Below, piece after piece: positions 1 to 6,764 of a stretch of DNA of 15,522 nucleotides. The notes beneath the pieces are model-generated. The model did no database searches. It was not told where the DNA came from and worked only from the letters and a program-made list of their open reading frames with translations. This DNA comes from Candidatus Bathyarchaeota archaeon (GTDB lineage Archaea > Thermoproteota > Bathyarchaeia > Bathyarchaeales > Bathycorpusculaceae), in assembly GCA_963768425.1 (NCBI GenBank), contig CAVYHV010000016.1:1-15522 (forward strand). The letters run 5' to 3'. Within the stretch, counting starts at the first letter, position 1, and every line of letters starts with the position of its first letter. The position numbers and the translations under genes are program-made.

Positions 1-231
1 GAGTAATGCCGCATAGTTCGCTGGAACATAAAGCGCTGAAGCTTTGAACGTATATGTTTGGTTGCCGCTTGCCGTGAAAGCTGGCGACGAAGACCCACCT
101 GAAGAGCAAACATACTCCTTAATCATTTCTGCTTTAACGTCCATAGTGAAGTCAGTTAGGAAACCGATTGCTGATCCGCCTACCTGGACAACTGCATTGC
201 GACTTAGAACTGGCGTAGTTGCTAAACTCAT
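1..231 (-). CDS. Putative tail tube (major tail) protein, N-terminal 77 codons, runs off the window
   Basis: Not in ORF track. Manual translation from ATG at 231: MSLATTPVLSRNAVVQVGGSAIGFLTDFTMDVKAEMIKEYVCSSGGSSSPAFTASGNQTYTFKASALYVP..., open to position 1. SD GAGGTGA with 6-nt spacing. Beta-rich pattern and position after the head-tail genes fit a tail tube. Confidence 0.75.
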   Translation of the reverse strand, partial: MSLATTPVLSRNAVVQVGGSAIGFLTDFTMDVKAEMIKEYVCSSGGSSSPAFTASGNQTYTFKASALYVPANYAALL

Positions 232-267
232 ACTTTTTCACCTCACAATAAGCTAATTATTTGACCA

Positions 268-630
268 TCAACCTTGAAGTAAATCTTGGATTTGCTGCTC
301 AATCTCCGGCGCGAGTTCAGGCAAATGTTGATTAACCGAGATAGTAAGAAAAAGTCTTGCCGACATTTTTCGGGTGCCAAACTCAACATAATATGCGTAG
401 GGCGCCGTTGCCTTCAGTTTAATTTGAAAATTACTCAGCTGATCAATCGCTAAAGTACTTTTTAAATAACCTGTCCGCACTGGTACCAAAATGTTTGCGG
501 TTGCCAAAATATTCTGGGCAACGTTCATCATTGCTTGACTGACAGCTTCTGGGTACTGCTCACAGAGACATTCAAAGCAGCTGCTTAGCACGTCGAAATT
601 TACCAAATTGACCTGAACAGAAATGCTCGT
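268..630 (-). CDS. HK97 gp10-like tail completion/neck protein
   Basis: Motifs VPVRTGYLKST and APYAYYVEFGTRKMSARLFL match HK97 gp10 family signatures (PVDTG.L..S; YA.YVE.GT..M....F). The ORF track starts at TTG 606, but the SD-aligned in-frame codon is ACG at 630. Confidence 0.85.
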   Translation of the reverse strand, partial: TSISVQVNLVNFDVLSSCFECLCEQYPEAVSQAMMNVAQNILATANILVPVRTGYLKSTLAIDQLSNFQIKLKATAPYAYYVEFGTRKMSARLFLTISVNQHLPELAPEIEQQIQDLLQG

Positions 631-652
631 ATTTTTTCACCTTGATGTTGCT

Positions 653-772
653 CTAAGCTATTTTCGTTACTCTATGTTCTACAAGAACCTGAGAGCCGTT
701 TTTGTAAGTTACAATCCAAGAGCTAAATTTCGTCTTAAATTTCTGGTTTGCCGCCCTTTTTTGTTCTGCCAT
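653..772 (-). CDS. Small basic hypothetical protein, 39 aa (MAEQKRAANQKFKTKFSSWIVTYKNGSQVLVEHRVTKIA)
   Basis: Below the ORF-track cutoff. ATG at 772 with SD AGGTGA 5 nt upstream, TAG at 653-655. Fills the gap between co-directional virion genes. Confidence 0.65.
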   Translation of the reverse strand: MAEQKRAANQKFKTKFSSWIVTYKNGSQVLVEHRVTKIA

Positions 773-788
773 TCACTTCACCTGCCTA

Positions 789-1226
789 TTAACTTGAAAT
801 GCAAAAGTACACTGCGTCAACGTTGATCATGACACGGGTTACTTCGGTTGCGTTACTATGAATCGGCTCGCCGGTTACCACATAGTTTGGGTCTTGCAAG
901 TGAATGATGCGGATAACTTCAGCCTTCAATGCCTCCAAAGTAGATTCTGCAGTGGCTAAATCAGCTGTGCTTTGGCTAGCGTTAACAACAATTATGTCGA
1001 CAACAAGTTTTTCAGTAACCAGGTAACATTCGCGACTAAGCGCATCCACCTGCTTGCTGGGGCTCGCGTTATAGACGGCTACTTGCAAGGTTCCTTTTCC
1101 CTGAGTAATCCCAATCGCATCCATCCGAGTCGAAGGCCACAAAATATTTGCGGCAGCCACCGGATTTGATAGCCCCCAATTCTCCTGTAGCAACTCCGAA
1201 ACTGCTAAGGCTTGATTAGTTGACAT
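789..1226 (-). CDS. Putative tail terminator/head-tail completion protein
   Basis: 145 aa alpha/beta ORF in the neck module between the adaptor and gp10-like genes. Function inferred from size and position only. Confidence 0.55.
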   Translation of the reverse strand: MSTNQALAVSELLQENWGLSNPVAAANILWPSTRMDAIGITQGKGTLQVAVYNASPSKQVDALSRECYLVTEKLVVDIIVVNASQSTADLATAESTLEALKAEVIRIIHLQDPNYVVTGEPIHSNATEVTRVMINVDAVYFCISS

Positions 1227-1331
1227 CTAAGCTTTCCTCCGCTTTCTGCCGAAAAAATAAAGAATCCAACCTATCACGAAAAGCGCTATAGCAACGGGAA
1301 TAAGCAGAAGCCGAAGTTTTCGCTTTGCCAT
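1227..1331 (-). CDS. 34-aa single-pass membrane peptide (MAKRKLRLLLIPVAIALFVIGWILYFFGRKRRKA)
   Basis: Not in ORF track. ATG 2 nt after the upstream stop; TAG abuts the next ATG. About 20 hydrophobic residues flanked by basic clusters. Confidence 0.7.
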   Translation of the reverse strand: MAKRKLRLLLIPVAIALFVIGWILYFFGRKRRKA

Positions 1332-1333
1332 TC

Positions 1334-1795
1334 TTAACCCCACCGTCCTCTACATTGAGGAACTTCATTTCCCAGGCGTGCTTGAGCGCTTACTGCTCCA
1401 GTTGAAAGATTCGCGATATTTCGGGTAAAACTTTCTTGGAAGCTTTGTACTGCGTTTTGAAATGAGAATTTTCCAACGGTGCCTTTAGTTACGAATAGGT
1501 CGCCAAGCTTGTAATCTGCCGCGCCCAAAAGCATGCCGCCGCTCGCAGCAACTAAAACGCCCATGCATGCAAGGTCAAGTGCGGCAAGCTGCGCAAAGGG
1601 GTAACGCGGATCCGTCGATGTTACACTGGGCGCGAAGCTGCCTATGTAAGTGTTCGCGTGGTCAACGTATGCTTGAACGCTATTGCCTGAAACAGAAAGC
1701 CCGTAAACAATATAATTGCTGTTGCTATCAGGTCCGGTAGCATTTAGAAAGCCAATAACCTCCTCTAGCGAGGTAAAGGCTGGATAGGTTGACAT
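1334..1795 (-). CDS. Putative head-tail adaptor/connector protein
   Basis: 153 aa, directly downstream of the major capsid gene. N-terminal FTSLEEV...L and helical pattern resemble gp6/gp15/gp36-type adaptors. SD GGAG. Confidence 0.65.
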   Translation of the reverse strand: MSTYPAFTSLEEVIGFLNATGPDSNSNYIVYGLSVSGNSVQAYVDHANTYIGSFAPSVTSTDPRYPFAQLAALDLACMGVLVAASGGMLLGAADYKLGDLFVTKGTVGKFSFQNAVQSFQESFTRNIANLSTGAVSAQARLGNEVPQCRGRWG

Positions 1796-1873
1796 GAGAA
1801 GTCTCCGTAAATTGGTTAATTTGAAGCCGGCTTTACGGTTCCAGACTCAAAAGACTGGAGAACAAATGATTGC

Positions 1874-2773
1874 TTAACTGGTTGAGTAGCCCGTTGTTTT
1901 GCATATGCAGAAGCCGTTTGCCACGTAAGGTGTCTTGCGGTAGCTTGTGAACGGGATAATTTTGCGTAGACGTTTCTGGATGTCGATGTCGGTTGTGATT
2001 TCTTGTTTGGTTACCATGAAACCCATGGGTGCGTAGTTGTTGTTTGGGTTCTGGCCGTCGCTGATGCCGTAAACTGTGCCTGCTGGGACAAGATTGCTGA
2101 CTAAAAGTGTCCATATGCCGAGTTTTTGTTCAACTTCATTGGTTAATGGGTTGGTGACTTCACGGAACAAGTTAGGGTAGGGCAAGTTGCGTAGGGATTC
2201 TTCCTGGATAGGGTTGACTGCGATGTATTTCATTATGAAGTTGTGTTGTTTTATGAGCCGGTTCATTTTGTTGAGGTCTTCAAGGCCTACGCCGCCGCTG
2301 ACAGTTATCGTTGAGCCTGTGACGCTGATTGTGTTTCCTGTGCCTGCAAAAGAGTTGCCGTTAGTCGCGCCTGCTCCGTCTATGGCGGTCCAGCTGTCTA
2401 GCTCTATTTGGTACATCGTGCGGAAGGCCAGACGCATCATTTGAGTGTCGACTACGCCGAGTTCAAAGTCGGTGATCATTTCTATGGGGATTTCGACTTC
2501 TTCGCCGTAAGTGTCAGGTGTTATGCTAACGCTTGTTAGTGGAGTGAAGTCTAGTACTGCTGGTGCTGCGATGCCTTTTCTTTGAATGCCGATTGCGACG
2601 TTGCCTGCTTCTTTGACGTAAGTTCGGGTGCGTCCTTTTATGATTGGGTCAGGAACAAAGAGCTTGGCGAAAATCATGGCGTTGGTTGCCATCTGCAGGA
2701 TTTTTTGGTGTAGCTCTGGATATTGAATAGCTGGGCTATCATCCATTGTTACTTGATCTGGTGCAAAACTCAT
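1874..2773 (-). CDS. Major capsid protein (HK97 fold)
   Basis: 299 aa after the protease and cement genes. The segment TSVSITPDTYGEEVEIPIEMITD followed by a long helix (VVDTQMMRLAFRTMYQIELD) matches the HK97-fold P-domain/spine-helix pattern. SD AAGGAG. Confidence 0.88.
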   Translation of the reverse strand: MSFAPDQVTMDDSPAIQYPELHQKILQMATNAMIFAKLFVPDPIIKGRTRTYVKEAGNVAIGIQRKGIAAPAVLDFTPLTSVSITPDTYGEEVEIPIEMITDFELGVVDTQMMRLAFRTMYQIELDSWTAIDGAGATNGNSFAGTGNTISVTGSTITVSGGVGLEDLNKMNRLIKQHNFIMKYIAVNPIQEESLRNLPYPNLFREVTNPLTNEVEQKLGIWTLLVSNLVPAGTVYGISDGQNPNNNYAPMGFMVTKQEITTDIDIQKRLRKIIPFTSYRKTPYVANGFCICKTTGYSTS

Positions 2774-2842
2774 TTCTTGATTTCTCCTTTACTTTTTACT
2801 TGAATTTCTCGACTTGACGAGTCCAAACTTGAAAGATTGGAG

Positions 2843-3211
2843 TTAGGGGATTACTATTGCTTGTCCGCCGTTAGATGCGCCTGTATCGCATAGACAGTGT
2901 TTGGTTGTTGGGGTGTTGTTGGTAACTCCGACTCCGCCTGCAGCTGAAACTACTAGGTCTCCTGGGTTGATTGTGCCGCTGGCTGTGATTCTGGCTTTCA
3001 CTTTACCAGTCATTACCGTGCAGATTTTGCCTGCCACTGCGCCAACTTTAACGATGCCTACCCACTCTTGTGCTCCTGTGGTTGGGGAAACCGTGCCTGG
3101 TCCGCTAATGTAGACGAACTGTCCTGCTGTGACGCCGCCTGTGCCCGCGATAAATGAGAGGTCAGTTGAGGATGGTTGCTGTACAAGAGGACCTGAGTTT
3201 TCATAGGACAT
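2843..3211 (-). CDS. Capsid cement/head decoration protein (DUF2190-like)
   Basis: 122 aa Gly/Val/Thr-rich beta protein (VTAGQFVYISG...GIVKVGAVAGKICTVMTG...INPGDLVVSAAGG), immediately upstream of the capsid gene. Confidence 0.7.
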   Translation of the reverse strand: MSYENSGPLVQQPSSTDLSFIAGTGGVTAGQFVYISGPGTVSPTTGAQEWVGIVKVGAVAGKICTVMTGKVKARITASGTINPGDLVVSAAGGVGVTNNTPTTKHCLCDTGASNGGQAIVIP

Positions 3212-3212
3212 T

Positions 3213-3578
3213 TTACTGCATGCCTCCTTGTGTTACTTGGGCGTCAAAAGTTCGTTTTTTCTGTGCGGCTGCTGCAAGCTCTTTGAAGTAAGGCGGAACT
3301 GCCACCATTCCTGGCTGAGTCTTCTGTGGTTCTAGGTGTTCGTTTAGGACTCCTGCGACTCCTTTCCCGGGCGTACGTTGCTTTAGTGCCTGTTTTATGG
3401 ATTCGTCAACTTTAGCAGCGATCGCGGCGGTTTCCAATTTGACTGCTTCTCTTGCGGCTTCGACAGCTTTGGTTACGGCTTCGGCTGAGGCTTTGTTGCA
3501 TACTTCTGTTAAGTTGTTTGCGTGCTTTTCGATCATGGCCTTTATGGCTTCTGCATCTAAGGGTTGATTTGTTGACAA
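3213..3578 (-). CDS. Putative nested in-frame scaffold protein, 121 aa
   Basis: Internal GGAGG (3587-3591) lies 8 nt before an in-frame TTG at 3578, exactly where the helical domain begins (MSTNQPLDAEAIKAMIEK...). Confidence 0.6.
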   Translation of the reverse strand: MSTNQPLDAEAIKAMIEKHANNLTEVCNKASAEAVTKAVEAAREAVKLETAAIAAKVDESIKQALKQRTPGKGVAGVLNEHLEPQKTQPGMVAVPPYFKELAAAAQKKRTFDAQVTQGGMQ

Positions 3579-4295
3579 TTTTCTCTCCTCCAAATTTTTA
3601 TTTTCGTTTTTTTGGTTAGCTCCCTTTTGGGAGTGTACCTGTGAATTACAACTTAAACAACTCAGGGTCAAAGCGCTTGCACATAGCCCACATGGAACTT
3701 TCTCCTTTGCCGATAGTGCTTTTCTGATGGCTTGCTGTTGGTCTACTTTCATGGCTGCGGCGAAGCCAACGGGCTTAAACTTGGCATGTTCATAAGCGCC
3801 TATAGAAACAATGCTTAACTCGACAAGGCGTGGTCTGCGCATTATTTCCCAAGCGCCACGGCATATATGGACCAGATTCATTTGGTCGTCTCTGGAGCGG
3901 GATCCACATAAACTGCAGTAAGCTTCACCCAGAATGCGTGGGCTAACGCTGTTGACGTATTCTCGCTCGATTTTTGCGAGCAGTTCTTCATCGCCGCTTA
4001 CTTCCCCCTCGAAAGGAACAACGATTCTGCCATCAGCTGATGTCTGGGGTAAATGCAAAATATTGATGACGCCTTTGATGTCTTCGACGCGGTCGCCATG
4101 ATCCACTCGGATCTGCGCATTTTGACCACTGGCCACAAAATAGGGCAGTTCTTCAGCGGGAACTTGCCAGCTATTCTCGTTAACCGTATCATCAATTGCT
4201 GTTCCTTGAATGAGCAGGACTTTCCCATCAACGCTGCGTTTTAGCGTGACGGGCACCGTGTAGTCTAGCTGAATATTTGGTTTTGCTTGGCTCAT
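3213..4295 (-). CDS. Prohead maturation protease fused to a C-terminal scaffold-like coiled coil
   Basis: HK97/assemblin-like protease motifs (IQGTAID..VNEN; IRVDH; YVNSVS; LVELSIVSIGAYEHA), a CxxC...HxC insert, and an Ala/Lys/Glu-rich helical C-terminus. Confidence 0.82.
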   Translation of the reverse strand: MSQAKPNIQLDYTVPVTLKRSVDGKVLLIQGTAIDDTVNENSWQVPAEELPYFVASGQNAQIRVDHGDRVEDIKGVINILHLPQTSADGRIVVPFEGEVSGDEELLAKIEREYVNSVSPRILGEAYCSLCGSRSRDDQMNLVHICRGAWEIMRRPRLVELSIVSIGAYEHAKFKPVGFAAAMKVDQQQAIRKALSAKEKVPCGLCASALTLSCLSCNSQVHSQKGANQKNENKNLEERKLSTNQPLDAEAIKAMIEKHANNLTEVCNKASAEAVTKAVEAAREAVKLETAAIAAKVDESIKQALKQRTPGKGVAGVLNEHLEPQKTQPGMVAVPPYFKELAAAAQKKRTFDAQVTQGGMQ

Positions 4296-4332
4296 GAAAG
4301 TGCTCCATTTGCTAACAGTAAGTTAAGAAAGT

Positions 4333-4360
4333 TTGACTAACTCGGTCAAGGCTTAGTCAA
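4333..4360. promoter_or_regulatory. Inverted repeat TTGACTAA-N12-TTAGTCAA, putative operator in the divergent intergenic region
   Basis: Perfect 8-bp arms at 4333-4340 and 4353-4360, with an extra GTCAAG in the spacer. Lies between the capsid operon start (4295, -) and the inserted gene (4435, +). Confidence 0.5.
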
Positions 4361-4434
4361 GAAATTTTACGAATAACCTTTTATCGTTTAATATCTCAAT
4401 TACCAATATAGGACAAAGGGAAGAAGAGAAAGCA

Positions 4435-4974
4435 ATGCCTGACGGGCACGCTCTATCGAAAAAGAAAATCATGTTGTTAAGCTTGTTAGGTGTTTTCATA
4501 ATATTTATGGGATATATCACATATGCAGACCTTAAGAATACAACAGAAAATTCTGTTCCGCAAACTACACCCAGTCCTGTTAGTTTTTTTCCGCCTGAAT
4601 ACCCCAATAATCCTTCGAATATTCCTCTGGTGACAAACTACACAATAATTATTCCTCAAGGACTATACAATGGCGGAGACATCCCATCGTATAAGGTTTC
4701 TATGAGGTTTATAGCACCGTTACCAAGCCTTAAAAGCGAAGAAAACTGGACTATAACAAATTGCACTGCTGGCAGAGGCACAATACCTTATCCTTTTACA
4801 ACCTGGTCAAAAACAGGTTATTCTTACAACCCAGACTCATATGCTCAAATTCTTCCTTACGTCTTTAATGGAACAACAATAGACGTTAGGGTTGATGTCT
4901 ACGGATATAACGGCATAGATGTCCAGCTTGTGTACTCAAAAGAGTGGAATGTAACAGAATACGTTTACACATAA
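4435..4974 (+). CDS. Membrane-anchored exported protein (moron-like insertion)
   Basis: The only credible plus-strand gene; visibly AT-rich. KKK followed by a hydrophobic N-terminal anchor, a Pro/Thr linker, and six N-x-T sequons (NTT, NYT, NWT, NCT, NGT, NVT). Confidence 0.8.
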   Translation: MPDGHALSKKKIMLLSLLGVFIIFMGYITYADLKNTTENSVPQTTPSPVSFFPPEYPNNPSNIPLVTNYTIIIPQGLYNGGDIPSYKVSMRFIAPLPSLKSEENWTITNCTAGRGTIPYPFTTWSKTGYSYNPDSYAQILPYVFNGTTIDVRVDVYGYNGIDVQLVYSKEWNVTEYVYT

Positions 4975-4983
4975 AATCTGTTT

Positions 4984-5304
4984 TTACCAATAAACATCAT
5001 GGTCTCTTGTGATTAAGCAAACACAATTGGGATGCAAATTCACCGCAAAAGTGTCTTCATCAAGCCATTCTCCATAAGGAAACATATCCTTCAGGTCGTC
5101 CGGATCCTGCAGCTCATACACGTCATTGTTGTGGTCTTGGCAGTTTTGGCATAGATTGGGACTGGGCTTTAGTCCTTCAGTTACATAACGCCAAACAGTG
5201 TAACGGATTGCTGGGTTAACCACAGCTGCCTTGAAAGCCTTGAACGCAAGAAAGGCGTTGAGGGCGTCTTGCAGGTCATTGTCTTGGAATTTCTGAGATA
5301 ACAT
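4984..5304 (-). CDS. Stand-alone Mu gpF/SPP1 gp7-like C-terminal Cys/His domain (head morphogenesis)
   Basis: CQNC...HPNCVC matches the CxxC...HPNCRC signature. Overlaps the portal 3' end, the usual position for this gene. Confidence 0.7.
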   Translation of the reverse strand: MLSQKFQDNDLQDALNAFLAFKAFKAAVVNPAIRYTVWRYVTEGLKPSPNLCQNCQDHNNDVYELQDPDDLKDMFPYGEWLDEDTFAVNLHPNCVCLITRDHDVYW

Positions 5305-6748
5305 AGCTTTTCCCGTTCATGCTTAGCTGTCTTTGAGAAGCCTTTAGTTCAGGAGAAGGCTGAGATGCATCGCTTTTGCTGACGGCGTCGGAGGGCCTTG
5401 CTTGGTTGTAACTTTGACGCATCGTTGCCAGGTTCCCCCAGACTTCTTCAGGCAAACCAAGTTTTGCTCGGGCTTCTAGATCTCCGGTTAGGCCCGCTTG
5501 GAAGAGTGCAATTTGTTGGTCAACCAAAACGTCTGCTGCAGGCTCCCAGATCGGTCGCCACTTTACCTTTGGAATCTTATCCGAAGTAATGAACGATCCT
5601 GGAAAGTCGCCTTGCAGGATAGCTGGGAACAATTCAGTTTCGTAAGTGTACTTTATGTGTTCCTGTCGCATGCGAAGGCGAGTGACAAATTCCTGCATAA
5701 CTATGTCAGCGGTTGATCTGTTTGCGTTTTCAATTTCTCCTAAAAACAACTTGGGAACGCCTAACTGTGCGTTACGTTGAGTTAGCAGATAGTTTAGCCA
5801 CCATTCAACGCGTAAGCCGCGAGTCATGCTGTCGATAGGTATGGGGTTGACGTCGTGTTTGAATGCGAGGTCGGTTCCTTGTTGGCGTTCAGCCATGCCA
5901 TCGATAAATGCCTGCAGCTTAGTGTCCGACCACTCAGCCTTTTCTGTGCCGCATTGATAGGCAAGGATGGGCTTGGTGTAAATTTTCATTATGGTTGCCA
6001 TGTCATGCTGGAAATCGTCTGTAAGAGCCTGAATCAGCAGGGTGCTTCTTAGCAGGCTTACGCCGTAGGCGCTGTTGTACCTACCTGAACCTTGATTGTG
6101 AAGTGTACGCAGTATGTCTTGAGGCTCAAAAATTGCCGGAGGCACAGAAAGAAGTTGAATGTAGCCGAAAATGTTCATGTAAGCGTCTCGGCGAATCCGG
6201 ACATAAAGTGGATCCAGAGGCTTCAGCCATTCAACCCGTTGATTATCTTCATCTCGGCAAAGCTCGGTGACGCTAAAGCCGTTAACCAAAGCATTATTTT
6301 CTTGGATTCGGGCGACAGAGGGAACGTTATGGGAATCCAGCCACTCGCTCAGATAATCGTTGAATGTAGAGTTGCCGCCTTCTAGCTCAAGCCAATTGCT
6401 AACCGTCAAGTTAACGCGAACATCAACTGAGGCTGCAATATACGGATTGTACTCGTAGAGGGCTTGCAGTTTCGGCAGATCATCAACTGGCGTGATTCCC
6501 CAAATTCTATCATAAAGGCTGCTGTAAGGCGGAGTAACAAAGCCTATTCCAGCACTTTTCAGAGTGTACCTGCTGAGGTATTCTTGCAGAACCGCATCTC
6601 GACTGGACCTAAACGGGATCTCTTGCTCAATTTGCTGCTTAGCCGTATCCTCTGCTACATTTCGCATGGGGTTTGGCAACGAATCGGTTCGTTGGGCAGG
6701 AAGTATTTTGCTTGCAACCTGACCAAAAGCGGATCTAAAGTTTACCAT
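5276..6748 (-). CDS. Portal protein
   Basis: 490 aa directly after TerL. Contains portal-type segments: NPYIAASVD, LKPLDP..VRIRRD.Y, YGVSLL, LGVPKLFLG...NRSTA, EAR..LGLP. Confidence 0.9.
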   Translation of the reverse strand: MVNFRSAFGQVASKILPAQRTDSLPNPMRNVAEDTAKQQIEQEIPFRSSRDAVLQEYLSRYTLKSAGIGFVTPPYSSLYDRIWGITPVDDLPKLQALYEYNPYIAASVDVRVNLTVSNWLELEGGNSTFNDYLSEWLDSHNVPSVARIQENNALVNGFSVTELCRDEDNQRVEWLKPLDPLYVRIRRDAYMNIFGYIQLLSVPPAIFEPQDILRTLHNQGSGRYNSAYGVSLLRSTLLIQALTDDFQHDMATIMKIYTKPILAYQCGTEKAEWSDTKLQAFIDGMAERQQGTDLAFKHDVNPIPIDSMTRGLRVEWWLNYLLTQRNAQLGVPKLFLGEIENANRSTADIVMQEFVTRLRMRQEHIKYTYETELFPAILQGDFPGSFITSDKIPKVKWRPIWEPAADVLVDQQIALFQAGLTGDLEARAKLGLPEEVWGNLATMRQSYNQARPSDAVSKSDASQPSPELKASQRQLSMNGKSYVISEIPRQ

Positions 6749-6764
6749 TTACTAAGTACATCCA

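Noticed and set aside
1833-2114. Alternative-frame minus-strand ORFs inside MCP, protease, terL and the wHTH gene (1833..2114, 3998..4231, 7349..7564, 7750..8091, 14324..14518, 14421..14606)
   Set aside because: Out-of-frame overlaps with low-complexity or implausible translations; explained by codon bias of the main genes.
1212-3578. Identical N-terminus MSTNQ in ORF 789..1226 and the putative nested scaffold
   Set aside because: Only five residues, and MS/MST starts are common in this element; likely coincidence.
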